A stretch of 64,000 nt of DNA from a virus (Duplodnaviria > Caudoviricetes), in IMG/VR virus record IMGVR_UViG_3300033075_000428, positions 126,354-190,353 of that record. One strand, written 5' to 3'. A program made the translations under genes and the position numbers. The notes under the pieces are model-generated. The model saw only the letters and a program-made list of their open reading frames with translations. It was not told the origin of the DNA and made no database searches. This document shows positions 37,006 through 45,722 of the stretch, in pieces. The first letter of the stretch is position 1, and each line of letters starts with the position of its first letter.

Positions 37006-37253
37006 ACATCAAAGAAGAACATAAAGAACTGAATGACCTTCTGACAAGAGTATACTCTGAGAAAGACTTCTTCGCGAGTAAAGAAGAACGCAAACTTCTT
37101 ATTGAGAAGATTGGTAACTATCGTGGCTTCCTCGAGAGGTTCATGATAGTTGAAGAGCCACTCGCCAAGAGTATGACAACGGTGACCAACAAAGAGTTAT
37201 TGAGTTGTCTGAAGTTTGTAGTTCGTATCATTGGGCTAATCAAGGGCACATGA
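37002..37253 (+). CDS. Hypothetical protein
   Basis: GTGA overlap with the upstream gene; GGAG RBS. Confidence 0.65.
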   Translation: MNIKEEHKELNDLLTRVYSEKDFFASKEERKLLIEKIGNYRGFLERFMIVEEPLAKSMTTVTNKELLSCLKFVVRIIGLIKGT

Positions 37254-37492
37254 AAGAGCTACCAAAAAAGGTATTCAACGCTTCACAGGAGGAGTTGAAA
37301 GAAGCGGAGAAGCATAAGGATGATAAGAAAAGCTTTACATCCAAACGGCATTTTCCACTAGACAAGAACAAAGAATACATCATACACCGAAGTCATTTCC
37401 AGAAGACTGGCGGAGTAGTTGTAGTTGAGTTCAAGTCAGGACGTGGGAGCAAGGTCATCAAACGGTGGAACATCAAACCAACGAAACAATAA
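37250..37492 (+). CDS. Hypothetical basic protein
   Basis: ATGA overlap at 37250. Confidence 0.6.
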   Translation: MKELPKKVFNASQEELKEAEKHKDDKKSFTSKRHFPLDKNKEYIIHRSHFQKTGGVVVVEFKSGRGSKVIKRWNIKPTKQ

Positions 37493-37506
37493 CTTGTGGA
37501 TTGTGT

Positions 37507-37719
37507 ATGTGGAAGAAGCTTGGAGACAACGAAAAGTTGAAAGTAGGTCAGCAAGTACTCTATGTGCCTGCGGTTGCGAATGGAGACATCGATAGTTTAT
37601 ACTGTGAGAGAGGGTGGGTATCAAGCTTCAACAGAGATGAGATACCTTGGGTCAAGTATGGTGGTAACAATACTGCTCAATTGACATATCTGGATTTCAT
37701 TTACGTCTGGGTTGATTGA
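37507..37719 (+). CDS. Hypothetical protein (SH3-like beta pattern)
   Basis: LKVGQQVLYVP...ERG.VSS...WVKY. Confidence 0.6.
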   Translation: MWKKLGDNEKLKVGQQVLYVPAVANGDIDSLYCERGWVSSFNRDEIPWVKYGGNNTAQLTYLDFIYVWVD

Positions 37720-37757
37720 GTTATATTGGTACTCTTTGATTCAAATTTGGAGCTACA

Positions 37758-38186
37758 TTGTCTTCACTACGATTTCAGCAGTGTTCACATGAGCACTTAA
37801 AAGAAAAGATTCCTGTACATTCAAAACTGACGTTTAAACTGATAAGAAAACATCTTGAATTAGCAAGCTCAATAGAACAAGCGTATGAAGCTTTTCCAAA
37901 CCAACTGAGATACAATAACTTAGAGTGGAGATTCACCATAATGGTGGATAAGGGAAGAGTTGTTGTAACGTATTGGAGACTGAAAGACTGGGACGAGAAA
38001 GGGAAAACAAATCTTGATACGTTGTTGTCAGTTTCTGACAAGACAGTATCGAAAGCACTAGCAACGTTTCTTTGGCACATGTACTGCAAAGGAATGATGG
38101 ATAAGCACCAAGTGTTCTCTCTGCTAGAGTTATTTCGTTCTCCCACCGAATTGGATAGCAACTTGAAGGAGTCAGAAGATGAGTGA
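37758..38186 (+). CDS. Hypothetical protein
   Basis: GGAG RBS before TTG; 142 aa. Confidence 0.65.
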   Translation: MSSLRFQQCSHEHLKEKIPVHSKLTFKLIRKHLELASSIEQAYEAFPNQLRYNNLEWRFTIMVDKGRVVVTYWRLKDWDEKGKTNLDTLLSVSDKTVSKALATFLWHMYCKGMMDKHQVFSLLELFRSPTELDSNLKESEDE

Positions 38187-38595
38187 CAAGTATACGCAAT
38201 TGATTGGTGAGACACCAGAGGTGGTCATCAATGGTATGTTTATCAAAGTCATTACACCAGTTCAAGAGGTGGAAGACGACCAGTATAAACACCTGAACAC
38301 ATTGCTCTTGATTGTTGACAGAAAGTACTGGGGGACGATGCTGAAGTTAACCCCAGAGAGTCCTTGGGTTGTGATGAAGCGGTATCACCAGTCGAAGAAG
38401 TGGCGGGAAGTTGGATTCCCACGAAGAGTACCACCACAAAAGGTGATTGACCTAGTTGAATCCGTCTTTTACGCAACGAACGGCAAGGACTCAGATGGAC
38501 AGCGAGGAACAGGAACAACCGACAACAGTGACCTATCGACCACAAGCGTTGATGTCGACCAAGGAGGAGACGAAGTTCATAATAGCGTTCATTGA
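38179..38595 (+). CDS. Hypothetical protein
   Basis: AAGGAG RBS; 138 aa; the tail overlaps the next gene. Confidence 0.65.
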   Translation: MSDKYTQLIGETPEVVINGMFIKVITPVQEVEDDQYKHLNTLLLIVDRKYWGTMLKLTPESPWVVMKRYHQSKKWREVGFPRRVPPQKVIDLVESVFYATNGKDSDGQRGTGTTDNSDLSTTSVDVDQGGDEVHNSVH

Positions 38596-38764
38596 GCAAT
38601 GTCTATTAGAAGGTGACTTCTCTCCTGTATTTCAGCTGTATAGCACAATCAACTGGTTTGAATACGCAACTCTCGAGGAGAAGCAACGTGTCGTTGAAGT
38701 TCTCCTGAAGGTGCATCATTTACACTCAACTAACTCTGAAGAGAATAAGCATGGATTCTGTTGA
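38495..38764 (+). CDS. Hypothetical protein
   Basis: AAGGA RBS before ATG 38495. Confidence 0.55.
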   Translation: MDSEEQEQPTTVTYRPQALMSTKEETKFIIAFIEQCLLEGDFSPVFQLYSTINWFEYATLEEKQRVVEVLLKVHHLHSTNSEENKHGFC

Positions 38765-39311
38765 CGCCAGCACAAATATCGATGGACACGAAAAGTGGAT
38801 TGAGATTCGTGCAAAGCTAAATTCCAAGGGGGATAAGTACTTCTTTCTTCATGAGAATCGTTGTGATGGTGTTGTCGCTGTTATCCCCTATAAGGTTGGA
38901 CGCAATGGTGAAATCATTGTCTTCTATATCAAAGAAAGAACACCATGTTGGGGTGATGAGCCAGTAAGCTGTTCACTGACTGGGGGCAACGATATTGGGC
39001 ATAAGCCAGAAGAAACAGCGTTGAAAGAACTTTGGGAAGAGACTGGAATCAAGGCACCAACTGAGTCTCTGATTTCTCTTGGTGAGTGCTATGGAACGAA
39101 GTGTATTGATACTGTGTACAGTCTGTACGCTATTGATGTCACGAGACTTGAAGCAACGAATCAACCTGAACGTGGCATCTCAGTACATTTTGCACCACTT
39201 GAAAACTCAAAGCTTCAGCACATCAAAGACCCAATATTCCATGTGTTGTACAACAGACTTCAGCATACTGCTTCGACGATTGGATATCAATCCAACGGGG
39301 AAAGTCTGTGA
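38751..39311 (+). CDS. NUDIX hydrolase
   Basis: Divergent Nudix box GGNDIGHKPEETALKELWEETGI. Confidence 0.85.
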   Translation: MDSVDASTNIDGHEKWIEIRAKLNSKGDKYFFLHENRCDGVVAVIPYKVGRNGEIIVFYIKERTPCWGDEPVSCSLTGGNDIGHKPEETALKELWEETGIKAPTESLISLGECYGTKCIDTVYSLYAIDVTRLEATNQPERGISVHFAPLENSKLQHIKDPIFHVLYNRLQHTASTIGYQSNGESL

Positions 39312-40084
39312 GGATTCTTGTCATATCAGACGTTCACGGCAGAGGAAACTGGACTCGCGCTGTAACGTTGCCAGATATTGACAAGATTGTATTCCTCGGT
39401 GACTATCTAGACCAGTCTCATGATTCTGGAATCAGTAATCAACAATGTCTAGACAATTTCTGTGAAATAGTATCATTTGCTTCTAGCGACGATAGAGTAC
39501 ACCTTCTTCTTGGTAATCATGATTTCCATTACCTTGAGAAAGGCATAAAATATCAAGGCTATAGAAGCTCCTTAAACTTTCAGTTTCTACAGTTTTATCT
39601 CTCGAACAAACAACTGTTCTCCTTCTATCTTTCACTGAAGGATGGAGATAAAACTCCTGTGATATTCACACACGCAGGAGTAGTCCCACACTGGCTGCAA
39701 CTCGCTCTTGACGAGTTCTGCAGGTTTATCCAACAACCTGAGATTTTAATCAATAACACAAATCTCATTGAGTCAATTGACTCAGTATTTAACCTTCCAA
39801 AGCACCGACTCTTTCCGCTCCTAGACAGGGCTGTAGCTTGTCGTGGCGGGGTTAGCCCTTCGGGTTCGCCGATTTGGGCAGATGCTTCGGAACTGTTAAA
39901 CTGGTCAAGCCTAGAAGACAATCTAGGTGACTTCATTCAAGTTGTCGGACACAATCAAGTACCTGAAATCACATCAGTATTCAGTGGACAAAATAGAGGT
40001 ATCTTGTTCACTGACTGTTGTAATACCGTAGACGAACATGCGGTCATTGACCTTTCTTCCACATTCAAATGGAGTAAGGTCTAA
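39308..40084 (+). CDS. Calcineurin-like metallophosphoesterase
   Basis: DVHG, GDYLD, GNHD, HAG, GH motifs. Confidence 0.92.
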   Translation: MRILVISDVHGRGNWTRAVTLPDIDKIVFLGDYLDQSHDSGISNQQCLDNFCEIVSFASSDDRVHLLLGNHDFHYLEKGIKYQGYRSSLNFQFLQFYLSNKQLFSFYLSLKDGDKTPVIFTHAGVVPHWLQLALDEFCRFIQQPEILINNTNLIESIDSVFNLPKHRLFPLLDRAVACRGGVSPSGSPIWADASELLNWSSLEDNLGDFIQVVGHNQVPEITSVFSGQNRGILFTDCCNTVDEHAVIDLSSTFKWSKV

Positions 40085-40114
40085 CGTTTATCCACATTTA
40101 AGGAGAGAGAGAAC

Positions 40115-41272
40115 ATGAAAGCAATACGTAGTACAAAGATATCTTTAAAGTTTTCAACTAAGAAAAAGTTGAATGACATTGCTATGCTGTGCGATGAATA
40201 TGCGAGAGTTGTAAACTTCTACATTGGAGTATTCAAAGATTCAGTTCCTAAGAAAAATGATGTAAGTAAGCTAATAGTAGATAAACCACAAACTGAGATT
40301 GAAAATGGTACTTGGTTAGGCTATACTCTACGTCAAATAGCAGCTAGAGAAGCTATCTCAATGCTGAATGGAATGAGTAGAAAAAAGAAGTCTGCTAAAG
40401 TAGGTCTCCCAATACACAAAGGAAAGTCTATTCCATTGACAGTATGTTGTGCATCAATACAACAAAGTAAGACAAATAAATTTGACTTATGGCTGCATCT
40501 TCATTCACTTGGAAGAAAATTAATTATAGATATACCAATCAAGTCACATAGACATTTGAAGCAACTTCAATCGTACTCTGCTCTTAATAAATCAATAATA
40601 CTAAAGCGAGATTGTATAGTTGTATCTGTAGACATAGAAACTGGAACTAAGAAAGAAGATGGTGAAACAATTGGAGTAGACTCTGGCTTTGCTAAGGGGG
40701 GAGCACTTGCAACATTGAACGACGGTAGAATGTTTGGTAAAGATATTCACAAGATAATAGATAAAATTCAACGGAAGAAGCAAGGTTCTAACAAACAAAA
40801 GACTGCGAGGAAACACCTTAAACATTATATGGATAAGGTAGCAAAGGAAATTGTTTCGTTAAATCCAAAGATGATCGTTGTAGAAAATTTAAGGGGATTG
40901 AACAAGAATACAAAAGTCAAACGACGATTGACTAGAAATATTCGTCGTAGGATCGGTATATGGACATATCGACATTGGTTGGATAGACTACAATCGAACT
41001 GTGAATTGAACCGTGTTCAATTCCGTTCTGTCAATCCTTATAATACTAGTGTTACATGCCCATCATGTAATCATGCTGATCGCGAGAATCGTGCGTCAAG
41101 AGACTTATTCCTTTGTTTGGGGTGTGGTTATACTGAACATGCTGACATTGTCGGCGCAAGGAATATACTTGCACGAGGATTGAGTGGAGAGGAATTTTGG
41201 AAACTCCAAAAGACTGATAGGAACCCGCTTACAAAAACAGATTTGACATGTTTAGGTGTGTCAAATGTGTAA
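40115..41272 (+). CDS. tnpB: RNA-guided endonuclease TnpB (IS200/IS605 family), no adjacent tnpA
   Basis: RuvC-I IGVDSG, RuvC-II VVENL, zinc ribbon TSVTCPSC...CLGCG, RuvC-III HADIVGARNI; more AT-rich than the flanking genes. Confidence 0.92.
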   Translation: MKAIRSTKISLKFSTKKKLNDIAMLCDEYARVVNFYIGVFKDSVPKKNDVSKLIVDKPQTEIENGTWLGYTLRQIAAREAISMLNGMSRKKKSAKVGLPIHKGKSIPLTVCCASIQQSKTNKFDLWLHLHSLGRKLIIDIPIKSHRHLKQLQSYSALNKSIILKRDCIVVSVDIETGTKKEDGETIGVDSGFAKGGALATLNDGRMFGKDIHKIIDKIQRKKQGSNKQKTARKHLKHYMDKVAKEIVSLNPKMIVVENLRGLNKNTKVKRRLTRNIRRRIGIWTYRHWLDRLQSNCELNRVQFRSVNPYNTSVTCPSCNHADRENRASRDLFLCLGCGYTEHADIVGARNILARGLSGEEFWKLQKTDRNPLTKTDLTCLGVSNV

Positions 41273-41285
41273 TTTCCTACGCTAT
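41150..41285 (+). ncRNA. Candidate omegaRNA (TnpB guide RNA) and right end; boundaries approximate
   Basis: Hairpin ATTTGACA...TGTCAAAT (41241-41266) containing TCAA at 41261-41264, the typical IS200/IS605 right-end tetranucleotide; omegaRNAs are known to overlap the tnpB 3' end. Confidence 0.4.
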
Positions 41286-41777
41286 ATTGCCTTTGTTCTT
41301 GTCTTTCTGACAACGACAGGATTCCAACCACTGGACAGGACGTCTGGTGGAGCACTTTTGAAATCTTCAATCCCTGAAGACGTTCCCCAGTCTTGGGAGA
41401 ATATGCCACTCACTTCTGAGAACGTTGCAAGAGCTATTGTTGACTGCAAGATTCAACACCCAGAAGTGGTATTTCGTCAAGCTATCATTGAGTCTGGGAA
41501 CTTCAAATCAAAGCTCTGTACGAAAAGTAACAACATCTTTGGCATGAGGAAAGCACGTACTCGACGAACACTAGCAATTGGGAAGACAAAGTCTTCTTAC
41601 GCAGTATTTCGTCACTGGTCGCACTCAATCTACGACTACAAGATTTGGCAGGGTGAGACGCTGATTAAGGACTACTATCAGTTTCTCACAAAGAAGCGGT
41701 ATTCTGCTAACGGTAAGTATGCTTCTCATTTGAAGCGAGTACGATTGGAACCTAAAATACTAGCTATCCTAAAATAG
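41265..41777 (+). CDS. Glucosaminidase (GH73-like) peptidoglycan hydrolase with an N-terminal signal or anchor
   Basis: QAIIESGNF.S...NNIFGM, YA.F..W..SI.DY, RYS....Y; hydrophobic N-terminus. Confidence 0.82.
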   Translation: MCNFLRYIAFVLVFLTTTGFQPLDRTSGGALLKSSIPEDVPQSWENMPLTSENVARAIVDCKIQHPEVVFRQAIIESGNFKSKLCTKSNNIFGMRKARTRRTLAIGKTKSSYAVFRHWSHSIYDYKIWQGETLIKDYYQFLTKKRYSANGKYASHLKRVRLEPKILAILK

Positions 41778-42446
41778 GATAGATGACTGGTATTTTGAAC
41801 CCGAGCCAAGTTGCTTTTGAACTTCCGAGTGGGATGATTGAGTTGAAGTTACAGTGTCTGTATACTTCCAACCGATTGTCCCACTCACTTGCATTCTGCC
41901 TAACGGGAATGACACGTTTCTCTTTCGACGGTACACCCCACCACCGTCTCTCTGGTCTCCACCGTTCCCCGACGACGTGTTCATTCCAATGGTTTCAACC
42001 CAACCTGCTTGTTTGACTGCTGTAATTCTCTCAACATGACCAGTGATTTTCTGGACATGTTTCCAGTACAATAGGTCATCTACCTGAGGTAAGAATGGAA
42101 CCTTTACTCCACGGACAGAAGCGTCTTGGAATTGTCCATACGCCAGTGCGGTCTTCTTCAGAGAAATGAGCTTTATTGAGAGACCTAATTGCACACATGC
42201 TTGATAGATACAGTAGTATTGACCTGACGCGCAATATGGCTGTGGAGTAGTGAATCCCATTAGACGCCAGTACTTCTCTACTTCGCCATCGTTGTTATTC
42301 GTTGCTTCAGTGATACCAACTTGCTGGAAAAGGATGACACGAGATTGTTCAATCATCTTTTTCGGTGCTGGTAACAAGAACCTTCTCTGACTGAAAGAGT
42401 CAGAGAAGGTTGTAACGAATAGCGCTATGAGGAGCAGAAACTTCAT
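41769..42446 (-). CDS. CHAP/NlpC-P60-type endolysin with a signal peptide
   Basis: MKFLLLIALF signal peptide; QPYCASG (catalytic Cys), GHVE, TIGMNT...DGGGVY. Confidence 0.8.
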   Translation of the reverse strand: MKFLLLIALFVTTFSDSFSQRRFLLPAPKKMIEQSRVILFQQVGITEATNNNDGEVEKYWRLMGFTTPQPYCASGQYYCIYQACVQLGLSIKLISLKKTALAYGQFQDASVRGVKVPFLPQVDDLLYWKHVQKITGHVERITAVKQAGWVETIGMNTSSGNGGDQRDGGGVYRRKRNVSFPLGRMQVSGTIGWKYTDTVTSTQSSHSEVQKQLGSGSKYQSSILF

Positions 42447-42847
42447 TATTGGAAGTTCGTGAAGTGGATACCAACGACGGTAAGTCCAACCAAGATGTGT
42501 ACTGCTAGGAAGATATACCCAACAACACGAACACCGATACTGTTTTCGCTTGATTGAGAAAGCTTCGTGAAGTTCATCGTAGTAAAGAAGAACAAAGCAA
42601 TATTCGAGAGGAATATGGCAAGCAGTTCAATACTGATGATGTAGTTAATCGTGTTGCGATAAGCATTCAACTGGCTGATATTACCGAAGTAATAGACACC
42701 AAGTATCAAGAAAATCAAGAACACGTTACGAAGCAAAGAACCAAGAAGCTGATTCAAGTCTTCTACCAATGTCTCAAACGTAGTGACAACAGAACCAGTG
42801 AGTGATTTCCAAGCATCAGAAATCCATTTACCAATTGTACCAAACAT
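42446..42847 (-). CDS. Probable holin (three transmembrane segments)
   Basis: Three hydrophobic segments; translationally coupled to the endolysin gene. Confidence 0.6.
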   Translation of the reverse strand: MFGTIGKWISDAWKSLTGSVVTTFETLVEDLNQLLGSLLRNVFLIFLILGVYYFGNISQLNAYRNTINYIISIELLAIFLSNIALFFFTTMNFTKLSQSSENSIGVRVVGYIFLAVHILVGLTVVGIHFTNFQ

Positions 42848-42861
42848 GTGTTATCCTTGAA

Positions 42862-44601
42862 TTATACACCAGGGTTATTGTTTCCAAAGTTACCACTTAC
42901 TGGCACAACACCAGGTGATAGTGCTTCGATTGTCAATTGACCACTTACGACCTTGAGTCGATAAGCGGTACCAAAGTTTGTATCGATGAGGATTGGACCT
43001 TGAGTTGCGGACGAGAAGGCAAGGTCACCGTTGATTACACTGTGTCCAATGATTTCTACTCCAGTCGAGGCAGAAGTCAGTAGCTCACGGACACGAGAAG
43101 TGGGAGCGTATCCCTTTATCGTTGTCGTGATGTTCTTGTAGACGACAAGTGAACCAACTGGATATTGGTCGGGTGAACCAAGTGCAACACCAAACTCCAT
43201 TGCGTTCTCAAGAGCATTCACAACAACAGTCTTCATGGCGTGTGTTGTGTATGAGTCTGGGATATCTGTCAACGAACGGAAAGTGGTATAAGGATTGGCG
43301 TACTTTAGGTCAACAGAGATTGCGGCACCCGTTGCTCCAGCACCAGCAGTGATAGTATGCGCAACTGTCAGCGTTGAATCACTGCTAAAAATCTTCATTC
43401 GGTAGACGTTGTTTACCGTATCAGTTGGTGTTACAACTTGAACCATTGGGTCAGCGTATTCAACACCGTTATTCGCTCCATTGACACGAACGTACTTCCA
43501 AGAAGTTGCTGTAGAACCTGAGTACGACAAAGGTCCATCTGTTAGCTTATTGAATGCTGTTATTGCGTCTGCCCACTCAATAGCATTCCCACCTGAATTC
43601 ACCTTTGCGTACTTGTTGGCAGTGAACGCATCGGGAACGTCTGAAAGTGAGAGGATTGTATGTGTGTGGGATAGAAGCGAACGATTGTTCAACTCAGTCT
43701 GAAGCGTTGCTACCTGAGCAATAGAATGAGTATGCACTACGTCTGCCTTAGCAGTGAGTGCTGAATCTACTTCACTAATGGTGTAGTATCGGTCATCATG
43801 ATTATGACCAACATCTGTCTTACCAAGAAGAAGCGCAGTGATTTCAGATTCAGTGAAGTATCTGTCATCATGCGTGTGACCTGTATCACTCTTCCCAGTA
43901 AGCAGAGCAGTGACTTCAGACTCTGTGAAGTATCTGTCGTCGTGTGTGTGAACCAGGGGAGCCGCATCAAAGTACTCCAAAGCAGTACCACCAGAGTTAA
44001 CCCGCAATGCCTTCAATGCAGTGTATGAGTCTGGTGTATCAGTCAGCTTTAGGAAACTCCAAGACCGTTGGTCAGACAGCAGGGGAACCTGCATGGTTAC
44101 TGTTCCACCAGCGTCAACATCTGCCAAATGGAAGTAGAAATCAGTTGACGTGTCAGCTGGAACAGCACCAGTTTGGTAGAGATATGTAATTGCATATCTC
44201 CACTGATTCGGACCACTGAACTGGTTTGCACCGATGGTTATTCCAACATCAGATGGATTCGATTCGTAAGTGTAGCGACTCAGAGTGATGCGGACGATCA
44301 CCTTACGAGTTTGTGCTACGAATGCTGTAATCGTCTGCTGTGTTCCAAACTCAAGAATGAATTCTTTGTGGAGACACTTCCCTGCAGTCAAGACCACATT
44401 GCCCGAGCTTACTTGAACTTCAAATCCAGAAGTGCGAATGGTACCACAGTAGTTTTCTACAAGATAGCCAAAGCGTTTTAGCTCCAACAAGGTATTGGTA
44501 TTGTAATGCTCTTCGAACATTAACGCTGGAGACGCTAGTGCTTCAAGTCGAAGCACTTTATCACTCAAACCAAATAGCTCTGGATTTGCGGGTGTAGGCA
44601 T
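42862..44601 (-). CDS. Tail fibre protein
   Basis: Follows the baseplate wedge genes; HxHDDRY repeats and LxDxPxSY repeats typical of trimeric fibres. Confidence 0.8.
   Translation of the reverse strand: MPTPANPELFGLSDKVLRLEALASPALMFEEHYNTNTLLELKRFGYLVENYCGTIRTSGFEVQVSSGNVVLTAGKCLHKEFILEFGTQQTITAFVAQTRKVIVRITLSRYTYESNPSDVGITIGANQFSGPNQWRYAITYLYQTGAVPADTSTDFYFHLADVDAGGTVTMQVPLLSDQRSWSFLKLTDTPDSYTALKALRVNSGGTALEYFDAAPLVHTHDDRYFTESEVTALLTGKSDTGHTHDDRYFTESEITALLLGKTDVGHNHDDRYYTISEVDSALTAKADVVHTHSIAQVATLQTELNNRSLLSHTHTILSLSDVPDAFTANKYAKVNSGGNAIEWADAITAFNKLTDGPLSYSGSTATSWKYVRVNGANNGVEYADPMVQVVTPTDTVNNVYRMKIFSSDSTLTVAHTITAGAGATGAAISVDLKYANPYTTFRSLTDIPDSYTTHAMKTVVVNALENAMEFGVALGSPDQYPVGSLVVYKNITTTIKGYAPTSRVRELLTSASTGVEIIGHSVINGDLAFSSATQGPILIDTNFGTAYRLKVVSGQLTIEALSPGVVPVSGNFGNNNPGV
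43740..43955 (-). repeat. Three tandem 72-nt (24-aa) HxHDDRY(F/Y)TxSE repeats
   Basis: HTHDDRYFTESEVTALL / HTHDDRYFTESEITALL / HNHDDRYYTISEVDSAL. Confidence 0.85.
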
Positions 44602-44602
44602 G

Positions 44603-45721
44603 TTACTCTATTATTCCGATTTGAGTTAAAACTGGCTTGTAGTATGTTTGACCTGAACCAACAGTAATGTCTTGATTACTGTCAAGAGTCATCTGTGTAT
44701 TGCTGTCAACAGATTTAATCTTGTATGTTGTAACCAAATCACCACCACCTTGTACAAATCCAATATACTTGTTGCCAGTATTGGCAAAATCTGCAGTGAA
44801 TCCTGTACCAGAAACTAGATAATCAGGAGCACTGTATGTTATCGTCGCAGTGCTACCAGAATTCTGGTAAATGTACAGTGAATTCTCTTGGTTAAAATCG
44901 ATTGTTGTTACTTCAAATCGTAGAACACTCAATAGAAGATTAAACTCGTCAGTGGTTATCGCTGTTGAACGATAGATGATTACGTCGTTACTTGACTTGA
45001 GATTTGTGAGGGTATTCGCATTGTAAAAGTAGCCAATCATGTCTCCATTGGCTTGACCTGCTGTTTGGCGCATGTATGAATTAGGGAATCCGTAGAGCCC
45101 AAATTCAAAGAACATCTGTTGCTTCTTCGTGTAGTATTGGTCAACGTGATATGCCTTTACACCTATCAATCTGTTGACAAAGTCACGAAGACCACCGATA
45201 GTATACCGTACTAGGTCTTGTTTGAAGAACTGAGTATATGTGCAAGTAACTGGTGAAGCAGTAGCAGAAACAAACTCTAAATAGTACTCACCAGTATTGT
45301 AGTTCACCCAACCTGAAGCAAGTCCTGTGCCAGAAATCTTACCTAGTTTATCGTCTACAAAAGTGTTTACACCACAGGTAAATGTCACACTGTCCACTTT
45401 AACTGGAGCATGAAGTAGTGTTCCACTATAAACGGTATCACCTGATGCGCCAATCGCCTCGTCTGTAAATACTGCTTCTCTGAACTCAAGCAAACTACGC
45501 TTCTGGGTTGCCGAGTACTTCCAATACAGCGGAATACCCTTGCTGTAGAGTAGATAGTTCAGCAAAGCATCTGGTATCGTTGAGTACTTTACTAGGTCAG
45601 ACATGCTGAGTAGTTCTTTGCGAAGCTTCTCATAGCCATAGTCTAGCAAATTGATGTAAGACTTGAGCCTAACATCATTGTCAGTGAGTACCGTTGGTAT
45701 GGATTGACTTGGAACTTTCAT
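44603..45721 (-). CDS. Baseplate wedge protein (P2 gpI-like) with an inserted beta-rich module
   Basis: Lies between baseplate J and the fibre; IPDALLNYL...KRSLL gpI-like pattern. Confidence 0.65.
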   Translation of the reverse strand: MKVPSQSIPTVLTDNDVRLKSYINLLDYGYEKLRKELLSMSDLVKYSTIPDALLNYLLYSKGIPLYWKYSATQKRSLLEFREAVFTDEAIGASGDTVYSGTLLHAPVKVDSVTFTCGVNTFVDDKLGKISGTGLASGWVNYNTGEYYLEFVSATASPVTCTYTQFFKQDLVRYTIGGLRDFVNRLIGVKAYHVDQYYTKKQQMFFEFGLYGFPNSYMRQTAGQANGDMIGYFYNANTLTNLKSSNDVIIYRSTAITTDEFNLLLSVLRFEVTTIDFNQENSLYIYQNSGSTATITYSAPDYLVSGTGFTADFANTGNKYIGFVQGGGDLVTTYKIKSVDSNTQMTLDSNQDITVGSGQTYYKPVLTQIGIIE

Positions 45722-45722
45722 G

